A stretch of DNA of 64,000 nt from a candidate division FCPU426 bacterium (GCA_963738405.1 CAVTWJ010000002.1:136575-200574), one strand, 5' to 3'. Numbered from the stretch's first letter, positions 52,066 through 61,589 are shown. A program made the numbers and translations. Notes: generated from the sequence alone by a model not told the origin.

Positions 52066-52992
52066 CTATAAAAGTTTTTTTATCCTCTTACGATAATTTT
52101 TAGCCGCTCCAAAATTTAGTTGTCGCATATAAGCTGTTTTACCTTGCATTGATTTAAGCTCATTCGAATTAATCGATTTTCCATCAACGAGTTTTTGCTC
52201 CATATCTAATAATTGTTTTCGATATTCTCTCATTTTTTCTTTAGGGACATCAGGGCCATCCGTAACATCAACCCCCGGCGTTATTTTTCTTTCGCCGCTC
52301 AAACTCTGAAGAGTTTTTTCTGGATGCCATGTAAAACCATGATGTTCGATTGTCTTTTTTGCAGATTCGAGCATGTAATCTTTAGTTGAGGGCGGGCCAG
52401 ATAAGCAGCCATCATCGCCATAAAAAGTAAATTCACCGTGAAATTTTTCGGCCACCTTTTTCAATTGGGCCGCAACACCATTGCCCTCTCCGTAGGCGAT
52501 CAAAGCGGCTATTGCCGGACTCGTCAAAGCGCCCTGAGGTATTTCATCATTAAGGGTGGTTAGCTTTGCTAAACACCAGGCAACTTCCTTTGAAAGCTTC
52601 ATGGTTTTCTCAAAAAATTTTAGTACTCTCGTAAAATGAATACTTGGAAAAAAATCTTTTATATCGATCTTCACTAATACACTTGCACGAAAATGGGGTT
52701 TGGCGTTCGTTAAAATGCTTTTCCCTTTTGACCCGGTTTGCATGTAATCAGGCAAACTCATTCGACCCAAAATTAATTTTATCTTTTTTTGTAACTCTCT
52801 TAAATTTTTATTCGGATTAGATATCTTCCGCAATTTCCCTGATTTTTTTGGCTCGAATTTAATCCGATAATGCTTCCCTGTGTTGTCACAAATCCATCGC
52901 AATTGTTTTGGCGAAATGCCAAGAAATGAACTCAATTCGTCAATCGAAGAGATGCTAATTTTTGTTTCATCGGAAGGAAGGTGGCTAAACAA
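52066..52992 (-). CDS. Retron-type reverse transcriptase
   Basis: KKSGKLRKISNP, NAKPH (retron NAxxH region X), KIDIKDFFPSI, IPQGALTSP, YGDD, HPEKT, ITPGVDV (region Y, VTG-like); no maturase/HNH domain. Confidence 0.88.
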   Translation of the reverse strand: MFSHLPSDETKISISSIDELSSFLGISPKQLRWICDNTGKHYRIKFEPKKSGKLRKISNPNKNLRELQKKIKLILGRMSLPDYMQTGSKGKSILTNAKPHFRASVLVKIDIKDFFPSIHFTRVLKFFEKTMKLSKEVAWCLAKLTTLNDEIPQGALTSPAIAALIAYGEGNGVAAQLKKVAEKFHGEFTFYGDDGCLSGPPSTKDYMLESAKKTIEHHGFTWHPEKTLQSLSGERKITPGVDVTDGPDVPKEKMREYRKQLLDMEQKLVDGKSINSNELKSMQGKTAYMRQLNFGAAKNYRKRIKKLL

Positions 52993-53200
52993 AACAAACG
53001 TCTCCGTTTTCCAACATATAGTTATTGATTATGGAATCCCACGCCGCCAATAACTCCGCCACCCACTTGATAACCCCCATCCCCTTGAAAAGAGCTGGAA
53101 GGATAAATAGGTAGGGCTTTAATAGCTGTCGGACCCGCCTTGAAGTACTTTCCCTTGAAACTTTTAACAAGGATTTCCTTCGGTTCGTCCTTTTGGCCAT
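52985..53200 (-). CDS. 71-aa basic/amphipathic small protein coupled to the RT (candidate effector or accessory protein)
   Basis: Strong SD AAAGGGGGTGA before ATG 53200; Arg/Lys-rich N-terminus then hydrophobic helix; stop overlaps the RT start. Confidence 0.65.
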   Translation of the reverse strand: MAKRTNRRKSLLKVSRESTSRRVRQLLKPYLFILPALFKGMGVIKWVAELLAAWDSIINNYMLENGDVCFV

Positions 53201-53204
53201 GCTG

Positions 53205-53520
53205 ATCACCCCCTTTGCATTAATTCGTGGACGTCAGGCGGACCGATTCGGAGTAAATAATCGGCTCCATAAATAACTAAATTCGCATTTTTCATGCGAT
53301 TCAATTTTCTTAATAAGAACAAGAAAATCTAAGAAATCAAGATTCTAAACTTTTAACCCATTGCCCAAAGATGCAAGGAGCAATAAAGAAGAACCAAGAC
53401 TCTAGAACCACCGGCAATTGTTTCAAAAAAAATGGCAACCGGGGGGGTCTGTACGGTGGGGTGATTAACACCCATGTCCACTTCGGGGTGAGGCCTTTGC
53501 CTCCTTTCGAATTCTAAAAT
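53205..53520 (-). ncRNA. Putative retron msr-msd-like structured ncRNA
   Basis: End-to-end complementarity (53476-53491 with 53206-53232) enclosing hairpins at 53243-53264, 53283-53299, 53304-53328, 53361-53383 and 53459-53473; lies directly upstream of the small ORF and RT. Confidence 0.6.
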
Positions 53521-53529
53521 GCTAAATTT

Positions 53530-53558
53530 AATTTAAGGCGAGATGAATTTATTAACAA
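53530..53558 (-). promoter_or_regulatory. Candidate sigma70 promoter of the retron-like locus
   Basis: TTGTTA-N17-TAAATT on the minus strand. Confidence 0.35.
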
Positions 53559-53650
53559 GGGGTTGGGATGTTTTAAAAAAAACGTCAAAAATGCGGAATT
53601 TTCACAAACAAGGGGGCAAGGCCCCTATTTTATTCACAACGCAAATGGGT

Positions 53651-54250
53651 TTATTTCGGATGCACTGTAAAATTACTCCTGTTTTTTACTCGCCCGATTT
53701 TAGGAACATCACCTTTTGAAATACTTTTTAACAATTTTTTCAACTCATTAGATTGGCCATAAAAAACTTCGCCAGTCGATAATTGGACAAAAGCCCATCT
53801 TGCTTTAAAGAAGTCCCCAAGTGCATAAAACCTAATGGGAATGCTAGCAAAAAACTCAGTTCTGCTTTCCAAAACTACCGGCCAATCCAAATCCTTTTGC
53901 AACCGGTTAAAAACCCTATTAGGTATTTCTGCCGGAAATCTCGCCATATTCTTTTTCGCCTCAATTAACCCTACCATACGAACTTGAACCGGAAATGAAG
54001 ATTTATTCACGATTTCCAAAATAACCTCAGTACTCATTTCTTCCTTTTGGGGTTTCCCGCCTTTTTCCCCGACAACAGTGACCGATATTAGGTGTGGTTT
54101 TATTAAAACTTTCGCTTTGTCCTTGTTTCGGTTATAGAAAAAATTAGCAAGACTCAACACAAACCCAAACCAAGCAGCCAGCATTGTTAGTATTCCTAAA
54201 ACAATAGTTAAAATATCTTTCAGGGATATGTCAGAAATGGTAAAGGTCAT
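53651..54250 (-). CDS. Hypothetical protein with N-terminal TM helix (AT-rich)
   Basis: Hydrophobic residues ~13-38 followed by a soluble beta-rich domain. Confidence 0.65.
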   Translation of the reverse strand: MTFTISDISLKDILTIVLGILTMLAAWFGFVLSLANFFYNRNKDKAKVLIKPHLISVTVVGEKGGKPQKEEMSTEVILEIVNKSSFPVQVRMVGLIEAKKNMARFPAEIPNRVFNRLQKDLDWPVVLESRTEFFASIPIRFYALGDFFKARWAFVQLSTGEVFYGQSNELKKLLKSISKGDVPKIGRVKNRSNFTVHPK

Positions 54251-54254
54251 CTTT

Positions 54255-54728
54255 TTAGTCCTTCAGTTTTTTGAGAAAACCAGAAATCTTTTCAGGCGAC
54301 GTCCAATTACCACCCATTTGGCCGAATTGGATAATTGGCTCGGAGGACCCATCCTTCATCACCCGAAAAATAGTTAGTGAATGCGGTTTTCGTGGAAACA
54401 TAGAGCCGAGGAACGAAGCAACTCTACCTGGAAAATCTGTTTTATTCCAAGTCAACGAAAAGGCTTCCGGCCCCTCTTCAAAAGGAATCACTCCATAGGC
54501 ATAATCACCTTCAGGCGCCTCTTTCATAATTCTTTTCCAATGGACTTCCAATTCATCAACAAAACGCTTTTTTTCTATGGGGTGGTCAAAATCTTCTCTT
54601 AAGTACTTGGAAGTCACATTTTCCTTAAAGCCACAAATACATTGGCCAAAATACTTAATGCCTTCCTCATCCCCACCTGAATAAACCGTTAGTTCTCTAC
54701 CACACCGTTCACAAATGTACTTGTCCAT
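54255..54728 (-). CDS. Hypothetical protein with N-terminal Zn-finger-like motif
   Basis: GGAGAGG RBS; CERC...CIC. Confidence 0.65.
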   Translation of the reverse strand: MDKYICERCGRELTVYSGGDEEGIKYFGQCICGFKENVTSKYLREDFDHPIEKKRFVDELEVHWKRIMKEAPEGDYAYGVIPFEEGPEAFSLTWNKTDFPGRVASFLGSMFPRKPHSLTIFRVMKDGSSEPIIQFGQMGGNWTSPEKISGFLKKLKD

Positions 54729-54797
54729 TTAACCTCTCCAAAAAACAAAAGCGTAATCTTCTATGTTATCCAAGTGTCTTAGCCCGCCTACTAGAAA

Positions 54798-57700
54798 CTA
54801 GGATAACAGCCACTCCAGTTCCTCCCGTTTTAAGCCGCTCAAGAAACCTTTCTCACTCCCAAAAACAGCCTTGGCCAGTTTCCGCTTTTTCGCCTGCATC
54901 TCCAATATTTTCTCTTCCACCGTGCCCCGGGTGATGAGCCGATAGGCAAAAACATGCCGGGTCTGGCCGATGCGGTGGGCGCGGTCCATAGCTTGGGCCT
55001 CCACCGCCGGGTTCCACCAGGGGTCCAGCAGGTACACGTAATCCGCTGATGTTAGGTTAAGCCCAAGGCCGCCCGCCTTGAGGCTGATGAGGAAAAGTTT
55101 GCACTCGTCATCTTCCTGAAACCTTCTCACCTGCTCTTCCCTATCCCGGCTTTTACCGTCGAGATAGGCAGTGCCTAAATTCAAGGGCGCGAGGTGTTTA
55201 CGGAAGATGGAAAGGAAAGAAGTGAATTGGGAAAACACCAGTACCTTGTGCCCCTCAGACAAGACTTCCTGCAACTGGGGTATAAGCATTTCCAACTTGG
55301 CGCCCAAAAGATGTTTCTGGGCGGAATCCACCAAACCCGGATGGCAGGCCACCTGGCGAAGCCTCAAGAGCGCTTCGAGGACGTGCATCTTCGATTTGTT
55401 TAAGCCTTGGCTCTCCACTTTTTCCATCAAGGCTTCCCGGTAATGACGCCGCAAGCCGTCGTAAAGGGAACGTTGTGAGGAATCCATGTCGCAGAAAAGC
55501 ACCTGCTCGGTCTTGGCCGGCAGGTCCTTGGCCACGATATCCTTGGTGCGGCGCAGGAAAAAGGGCCTCAAGGCCCTTGAGAGAAAAGTCTGGCTATCCT
55601 TTTCCGAGGATTCCATGCCCGAAACCATGTCGAGGGCTTTGGAGGCCCCCAGCATGCCGGGGTTGAGGAATTCAAAAAGGCTCCACAGCTCGTCCAGGTT
55701 GTTCTGGACGGGAGTTCCCGTCAGGGCCAGCCGATGGTTGCCTTTCAAAAGGCGCACGGCCTTGGCGCTTTCCGAGCGCGGGTTTTTAATGACGTGCGCT
55801 TCATCCAAAATAACGTAATCAAATGTGTGATTTGCCAGCCAGGAGGCGTCCCGGCGCAGGGTGCCGTAGGTGGTGAGGATCAGGTCATAATTCGAAAAAG
55901 ATTTCCCGGTCTTGGTGCGCAGGATGCCCGTGTGGTCCAACAGCCACAACCCGGGGGTGAATTTCGCGGCTTCCCCCATCCAGTTGAAGATGAGCGATTT
56001 GGGGACCACCACGAGTGAAGGTTCCCGCCGGGTTTTCTTTTCTTGGAGTTTGCCCCTTTCGAACCGCCGGTTTTCCATTAGGGCCAAGACCTGCACGGTT
56101 TTCCCCAGGCCCATATCGTCGGCCAGACAGCCGCCGAAACCAAACTCACGCAAAAATTGGAGCCATCCCAACCCTTCCCGCTGGTAGGGCCTCAAGACGC
56201 CCTTGAAATCACCCTGGGGGTTGGCGGGTTTAACGCCCTCAAACTGCCGGAGCTTTTGCCGAGCCTCCAGGAAAGCCTTGTCGCCGGGAATTTCGGGTTG
56301 GGCCGCCAAAAGCGTGTCCAGAAGGCCCACTTGGTTTTGCTTGAAGCGAAGCCCTTTCTTTTCTTCTTTCCCCATCCGGGAAACCATTCCCCACTTGGCC
56401 AGCCATTCTTCGGGCATGATCCCGTAGGTTCCGTCGTCCAGAAGCACGGTCCTTTGCCCTTTTCGAAGGGCATCCAAAAGCGCCTCCACGGGCGCTTCCA
56501 CGCCGTCAAACTGGCCGTTTAGTTTCAGTTCAAACCAATCCAACCCGGAAGAAACCTTCGCGCTCAGGCTTGCCCCGCCGCGATAAAGTTTTCCCCGCGC
56601 TTCCACGTGCCATCCATCCCGCACCAGGGCCACCACCGCATCCGGCAGGCGGTTGGCGGAGATTTCCCAGTAATAACGGATTTCCTTAATCCCCTCGCTT
56701 TTTAACTGGAAACCCAGAGGAGCCAGTTTAGCGGCCTGTTCCCTTTCGGCCTCCCGGTCCCTTTCCCATAAAATCCGTTCCTTGGCCTGGTAAAGGACGA
56801 CACCCGCGTTTTCCGCCTTGGCCCCCAAGCCCTCATAGTTGAAGGAAAGGTCCCCCCACAAAAGGGTTTCGCCCGCCTCGCCCTTGGCAGGGGCCAAAAG
56901 AAGGCGGGGTTTGGGCTTGATCTTGCGGCGCTGGGGTTTTAAATCATCCGGCAAATCCAAATCGGGCGGCGGGACCGGCCTTCCGTAAAAGCCTTCCAGA
57001 AAATCATCGGCTTCCTTTTGGGGGATGGTTAAGAAACCCCAGGCGCCCAATTCTTTGACCCACAGTTCATCTTTTTCATTCTCAAGCCTCAAGAGCCTGT
57101 CCCCGGCCAAAAATAAACCCGAACCCTTCAAGACCTTCGTTTGGTTCAAGGCAAGCTGTTCCTTCCCACGGTTAAGAAGGCCCGTGAGGTGAAACCCCTC
57201 TTCCTTCCCGGCGGGGGCCAAATGTAACCGCAGGCTCCATGGCTTTTCCCCGTCCCACGTTAAGGAGGTCAGGGCTTCTTCCTGGGTGGTTCGGTTGTCG
57301 TAAAGGCACCGGCCCGTGGAACAAGCCAAGGGAAGTACCTGCCGGGCGGCCGCCGCCGATAGCCGGTACTGGGAACTGGCCTGGTTATGATTGGCGGAGG
57401 TGGAATAACTAAAAAAGGAATTGGCGGCGGGTTTGAACCCCCTTAGGAGGCCGAATAGTTCTTTGTCTAAGGGGGTCACCTGGGAAGGCCACGCGTTGTC
57501 GCCCAGCTTGAGGGGCGCCATTTTGCTCCACTGGCCGTCTTTTTTGCGGTAACACTTCAAGAGTTGGAGCAGGATTCCGCCTTGGACCCCGGAAGGATCG
57601 GTCCCCACCACATAAAACATGGATTCTTCGGCCCCGAGAGAGTGCCCGGCGTTTCCCAAAGAAGGGGCGCTGACCGCCCACTTAAGCGCGTCCCGCCAAA

Positions 57701-58118
57701 CAGGCCTTTGGGCGTTTGAAGGCAGGCGTGCGGGCGTTTGAGGGCCGGGGAAAGATTGGTTTTCTTCTCCGCCGTCCAGTTCCTCATCCTCATCCACCAG
57801 GGCTTTATGAAGATCGGGGGAAAGGCCTTCCACATCTTTCCAAAGACCCTGTTCCGAACAGGCGAGGATCACGGCCCAAACATGTTTGCAGTCCCCAAAC
57901 CCATCCGTGTTGTAGGGGCAGTCGCAACTCATCGCGACCTTGTTACCCTTCAACTCAAGCGAAACCCCGTAACGCCGGGACCCCCGGACAAAGGCCCTGA
58001 CGGAATGGCGGTCGGCCATTTCCAGTTCCACTTTCCCCTGATAAAAATAGGCGTCACCCCTTTGCCGGACGCGTTGGGGGAAATAAGGTTTCAGTTTGTT
58101 TTTAAGGCTCTGGGTCAA
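54798..58118 (-). CDS. SWIM Zn-finger SNF2-family helicase
   Basis: CDCP...CKH (SWIM); [47 protein letters not shown]. Confidence 0.95.
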   Translation of the reverse strand: MTQSLKNKLKPYFPQRVRQRGDAYFYQGKVELEMADRHSVRAFVRGSRRYGVSLELKGNKVAMSCDCPYNTDGFGDCKHVWAVILACSEQGLWKDVEGLSPDLHKALVDEDEELDGGEENQSFPGPQTPARLPSNAQRPVWRDALKWAVSAPSLGNAGHSLGAEESMFYVVGTDPSGVQGGILLQLLKCYRKKDGQWSKMAPLKLGDNAWPSQVTPLDKELFGLLRGFKPAANSFFSYSTSANHNQASSQYRLSAAAARQVLPLACSTGRCLYDNRTTQEEALTSLTWDGEKPWSLRLHLAPAGKEEGFHLTGLLNRGKEQLALNQTKVLKGSGLFLAGDRLLRLENEKDELWVKELGAWGFLTIPQKEADDFLEGFYGRPVPPPDLDLPDDLKPQRRKIKPKPRLLLAPAKGEAGETLLWGDLSFNYEGLGAKAENAGVVLYQAKERILWERDREAEREQAAKLAPLGFQLKSEGIKEIRYYWEISANRLPDAVVALVRDGWHVEARGKLYRGGASLSAKVSSGLDWFELKLNGQFDGVEAPVEALLDALRKGQRTVLLDDGTYGIMPEEWLAKWGMVSRMGKEEKKGLRFKQNQVGLLDTLLAAQPEIPGDKAFLEARQKLRQFEGVKPANPQGDFKGVLRPYQREGLGWLQFLREFGFGGCLADDMGLGKTVQVLALMENRRFERGKLQEKKTRREPSLVVVPKSLIFNWMGEAAKFTPGLWLLDHTGILRTKTGKSFSNYDLILTTYGTLRRDASWLANHTFDYVILDEAHVIKNPRSESAKAVRLLKGNHRLALTGTPVQNNLDELWSLFEFLNPGMLGASKALDMVSGMESSEKDSQTFLSRALRPFFLRRTKDIVAKDLPAKTEQVLFCDMDSSQRSLYDGLRRHYREALMEKVESQGLNKSKMHVLEALLRLRQVACHPGLVDSAQKHLLGAKLEMLIPQLQEVLSEGHKVLVFSQFTSFLSIFRKHLAPLNLGTAYLDGKSRDREEQVRRFQEDDECKLFLISLKAGGLGLNLTSADYVYLLDPWWNPAVEAQAMDRAHRIGQTRHVFAYRLITRGTVEEKILEMQAKKRKLAKAVFGSEKGFLSGLKREELEWLLS

Positions 58119-58248
58119 AATCGGGTCCTTTGCAAATGCCGCAGAATTTCCGGGAAGGGTTTGATGCGGGAAGCGAACGGGAACTGGGCAACCATCAATT
58201 ATTAATAACTTTCAGCCTAAAGTCTCTCTGTTAGAACTCTTTTTCTTT

Positions 58249-58591
58249 CTAGTTTTTCCGACTTGGAATGAGGGCCAAAAGAATAGAAGCCATACCCGCC
58301 ATGGCCGCGCCCACCATGAAGGCCGTGGGGTATCCCCAAACCGACCCGATCCACCCAAAAAGCAGGCTGGCGGGCAGGGCCCCCAGCCCCACCACTCGAA
58401 ACCGGCCCTTTTTTATCTTATGGGCCGATACAGCCAAACCTTACTCCTCGCCTAGTAGGCTCGGAGCAGGCGTAGAAACCGAAGGCCGTTCCCCTCAATC
58501 GGTCGGGCGCCAGGTCGCCGATATAGGCCTTTTCCGCCGGCTCGCACAATCCGTAAAAAAGGCCGTAGGCCAAAAAGGCGGCGATGGCCCA
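58249..58591 (-). pseudogene. Duplicated 3' fragment of the MFS gene at 59351..60538, interrupted by a ~70-bp hairpin insert
   Basis: 58249-58395 and ~58472-58591 closely match the last ~280 bp of the MFS gene. Confidence 0.85.
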
Positions 58592-58615
58592 CCCCACCTG
58601 CTTTGAGCGGTCTTT

Positions 58616-58942
58616 TTAATCTTGTTTTTTAAGTGCTTGAATCAATTCAGGAACTCGTTCTTGGACCGTCCGCCAAATTTCCTCTAAATCCCAATTACGG
58701 TAGTCGTGAATTAATTTGTCCCGCATCCCGGCAACTTTCTTCCAGGGGATCTCAGGTAACGTGGCGCGGAAATCGTTGGAAAGGCCTTTCACCGCCTCCC
58801 CAATGATGACCAATTCCATGAGAACAGCGGCTTGGGTCTTCGAGTCCTTGAAAAATTGTTCCTGGTTCATGTCCTTCGTGAATGACAAGGCATGTTGTCC
58901 CGCCAAAAGGATATCGGCGGCAAGGGCTTTATCCCGCGACAT
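58616..58942 (-). CDS. HEPN/DUF86 RNase toxin (HepT-like)
   Basis: IIGEAVK...IPWKKVAGMRDKLIHDY (Rx4HxY). Confidence 0.9.
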   Translation of the reverse strand: MSRDKALAADILLAGQHALSFTKDMNQEQFFKDSKTQAAVLMELVIIGEAVKGLSNDFRATLPEIPWKKVAGMRDKLIHDYRNWDLEEIWRTVQERVPELIQALKKQD

Positions 58943-59243
58943 AGTAGGGTTCGGAACCGGACAATATGGAATCTCGGCGTATCCGATTCTCACTGCGTTC
59001 AACCGAACGGCGGGTTAATAGGTCAACCTTTCGGCCAATAATCCCGGCCAGTTCTTCTTCCATGCTCATGTGGTCGAAAAGGTCCCATTTCTCGTCGGAA
59101 GCGAAGGAAACCAAAACATCCACGTCACTGTCGGGGCGAAAGTCATTTCGAATCGCTGAACCAAAAAATGAAAGCTCCGTAATCTTCCATTTCCGGCAGA
59201 AGGTTTCAACTTGGGAACGGTCAATTTGAACCTGTAGGCTCAT
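58929..59243 (-). CDS. Minimal nucleotidyltransferase antitoxin (MntA-like)
   Basis: FFGSAIRNDFRPDSDVDVLV (GSx10DxD), GRKVDL. Confidence 0.9.
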   Translation of the reverse strand: MSLQVQIDRSQVETFCRKWKITELSFFGSAIRNDFRPDSDVDVLVSFASDEKWDLFDHMSMEEELAGIIGRKVDLLTRRSVERSENRIRRDSILSGSEPYYVAG

Positions 59244-59350
59244 CAGCAAATCCTCATCAGCGAAATAAACGACCCGACATTTCTCTCATTATAGCCCAGG
59301 GACGACTAACCGAAAACATCAGCTCCCCCACCCCATTTCAATTCCTACCC

Positions 59351-60538
59351 TTACCCCTTCTTCTTATTCCGCCCCGGAATGAAAGCCAAAAGCAAAGAAG
59401 CCATTCCCGCCAGGGATGCGCCCACCATAAAGGCCGTGGGGTATCCCCAAACCGACCCGATCCACCCAAAAAGCAGGCTAGCGGGCAAGGCCCCCAGACC
59501 CACCACGAGGTAATAGTAACCAAAGGCCGTACCCCTCAATCGGCCGGGCGCCAGGTCGCCGATATAGGCTTTTTCCGCCGGCTCACACAATCCGTAAAAA
59601 AGGCCGTAGGCCAAAAAGGCGGCGATGGCCCATTCCTTTTGGGTGACCAGGGCGAAGGCCAAATAGATGAAGGCGTAATAAAGCCACCCGGAAACAATGA
59701 TGGGCTTGCGGCCCCAACGGTCCGAAAGGGCGCCCCCGAAATAGGACGAAACCATCCTCACGCCCCCGTGCAGGCCCCAGAGAAAGAAGATCCAGGAAGC
59801 GGATACACGCAATTGGGAAAGGCGCACGATGAGGAATGCGTCGGTTGAATTGCCCAGCGTAAAAAGCAAAAGGATTCCCAGCAGAACCTTGAAGTTCTTC
59901 CCTAGTTTTGTCCAATCCTGAAAATTAGTTCGCTGTTTCGCCTGGGCCCTTTTCTTCGAGGGGGTTTCCTTCAAGGCCCAAAGCAACATCCACGCGGCGA
60001 TGCCGGGGATAATGGACCACAAAATGACGGATCGGTAGCTGAAGCCCAGGGCGGGAAGAACCAGCAGGGCCGCCAGGAAAGGGCCCAGCAATTGGCCCGC
60101 GTTGTCCATGGCGCTGTGGAACCCGTAAGAGGCCCCGTAATTGGAAGGCCTGGTGGCGTCCGCGATCATGGCATCCTGGGGGGCGGAACGGAGGCCCTTC
60201 CCCATGCGGTCGCAAAAGCGAAACAGCAGAACCGCCGGCCAGGAAGTTTGGACCAACCCGATCATGGGGCGAAAAAGGCCCGAGACACCGAAGCCCCATA
60301 AAAGGAAGGGCTTGCGGGTGCCCGCGCGGTCGGCCCGGATACCGGAAAATACCTTCAGGATGGAAGAGGTGGCTTCCGCCACGCTTTCCACTAGCCCCAG
60401 GGCCACCGGGCCCGCCCCCAGAACCTGGGTCAGAAATAGGGGTACGACCGGATAGATCATTTCTTTGGCCAGGTCGTTAAAGAGGGCGACCAGCCCCAGC
60501 CAGAAAACCGTCTTGGGAATGGATTTGAAGAATTTCAT
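59351..60538 (-). CDS. MFS transporter
   Basis: Multiple TM helices; DRMGKGLRSAP, LGNSTDAFLI, LSDRWGRK. Confidence 0.92.
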   Translation of the reverse strand: MKFFKSIPKTVFWLGLVALFNDLAKEMIYPVVPLFLTQVLGAGPVALGLVESVAEATSSILKVFSGIRADRAGTRKPFLLWGFGVSGLFRPMIGLVQTSWPAVLLFRFCDRMGKGLRSAPQDAMIADATRPSNYGASYGFHSAMDNAGQLLGPFLAALLVLPALGFSYRSVILWSIIPGIAAWMLLWALKETPSKKRAQAKQRTNFQDWTKLGKNFKVLLGILLLFTLGNSTDAFLIVRLSQLRVSASWIFFLWGLHGGVRMVSSYFGGALSDRWGRKPIIVSGWLYYAFIYLAFALVTQKEWAIAAFLAYGLFYGLCEPAEKAYIGDLAPGRLRGTAFGYYYLVVGLGALPASLLFGWIGSVWGYPTAFMVGASLAGMASLLLAFIPGRNKKKG

Positions 60539-60729
60539 GGGGAGATTCTATTAGAGCGGGGGATGGGGTTAAAGAAAACCTCAAAATTATTCACCACCAA
60601 GACACAAAGGCACCAAGAAAAACCTGGGATTCCCACGTCGCATACCGCTTTTCCATTAACTGAATATTGAAAGCGGTATTGCCCAGACTTCCGGTGCCCT
60701 AAAGGGCAACGGGGGCAAAACGAACCTTT

Positions 60730-60966
60730 TCAGGTCTGGCGGGCTTCCCGGATGGCCTCTTCCACATCCTCGGGTTTTAAACCCAGGCGGCGGACATGTT
60801 CATCCGTCTCCGCGAAAATTTTGTCCCATTCGGCCCGCCGCTCCAGGAAAGCACGCAGGGCCGCGAGCATCAGCTCGGAACGGCTGCGCGATTCCCTTTT
60901 GGCGAGCTTGTCCACCTGATCGAGCAGATCCTCGGGGAGTGAAAGGTTGATTGTCGAAGTTTCCAT
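60730..60966 (-). CDS. CopG/ribbon-helix-helix protein (antitoxin-like, no adjacent toxin)
   Basis: TINLSLPEDLLDQVDKLAKRESRSRSELM; AAGGAGG RBS. Confidence 0.85.
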   Translation of the reverse strand: METSTINLSLPEDLLDQVDKLAKRESRSRSELMLAALRAFLERRAEWDKIFAETDEHVRRLGLKPEDVEEAIREARQT

Positions 60967-60990
60967 GGTTTTCCTCCTTTGAAAAAATTC

Positions 60991-61006
60991 TATACAAGCT
61001 TGTATA
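60991..61006. promoter_or_regulatory. Putative RHH operator
   Basis: Perfect 16-bp palindrome TATACAAGCTTGTATA just upstream of the RBS. Confidence 0.5.
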
Positions 61007-61165
61007 AGATTCAATAGTTGGACAATTCACCGCAAACCTACCGGCAGAACCCAAGTAGGGAAAAAGCGATGGGGGGTGCTGTACGCAGCTTGGGAGAGAT
61101 GTTCTATGGTTGAAGAGCGAGAATTCTTGGGTTAAACAACTTAAATTTTCGCAAAAAAAACCTTT

Positions 61166-61307
61166 ATTAAGCGAGAATTTGAACCAATTAAGCGAGGATT
61201 TGGCCTAATTAAGCGAAGATTTAATCCCAATTAAGCGAGAATTTATGTTCATTAAGCGAAGATATTTTTCTATTAAGCGAGGATTTAATTTAATTAAGCG
61301 AAGATTT
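61166..61307. repeat. Seven 15-bp direct repeats ATTAAGCGARRATWT at 21-22-bp period
   Basis: Starts at 61166, 61187, 61208, 61230, 61251, 61272 and 61293, with variable 6-7-bp spacers. Confidence 0.9.
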
Positions 61308-61351
61308 AGCAGAGGTACTAAGGATCGGGTTTGGGATAGGAATGGTTGGAG

Positions 61352-61589
61352 ATCTTGCTGCCAATTAACGTCCGGAAACCCAACGATAATTGGCCGTGAG
61401 ATTTCGGATCTATCACCGGGTAATAGATCTAGTCCGCCAAATGTGTAATCGGGTTATATATCTTTCAAAAACACTTTAAAAATGACTTGCCACGGGCAAG
61501 TCGAAAAATAAGGGGTTTATTCAAATTCTGGGAGAATGCCAGAACACCCTGATTTCCCTTATTTGAATTGGTCGGATTCCGACCAATTA
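61352..61589. repeat. Second copy of the composite palindromic element (cf. 25484-25696)
   Basis: Same order of modules: CCAATTAACGTC..AATTGG.CGTGAGA, CTAGTCCGC, GACTTGCCAC..GCAAGTC.AAAAATAA.GGGTTT, CCCTTATTTGAATTGG..GACCAATTA. Confidence 0.75.

Noticed and set aside
45861..52992. Diversity-generating retroelement (RT plus repeats as TR/VR)
   Set aside because: Differences between repeat copies are not restricted to adenines and are often synonymous. No repeat lies within a target gene, there is no Avd-like gene, and the RT has retron rather than DGR motifs.
52066..52992. Group II intron or CRISPR-associated RT
   Set aside because: The protein is short, has no maturase X/HNH domain, has no recognisable intron domain V nearby, and there are no cas genes.
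61166..61307. CRISPR array
   Set aside because: Repeats of 15 bp and spacers of 6-7 bp are far too short, and there are no cas genes.
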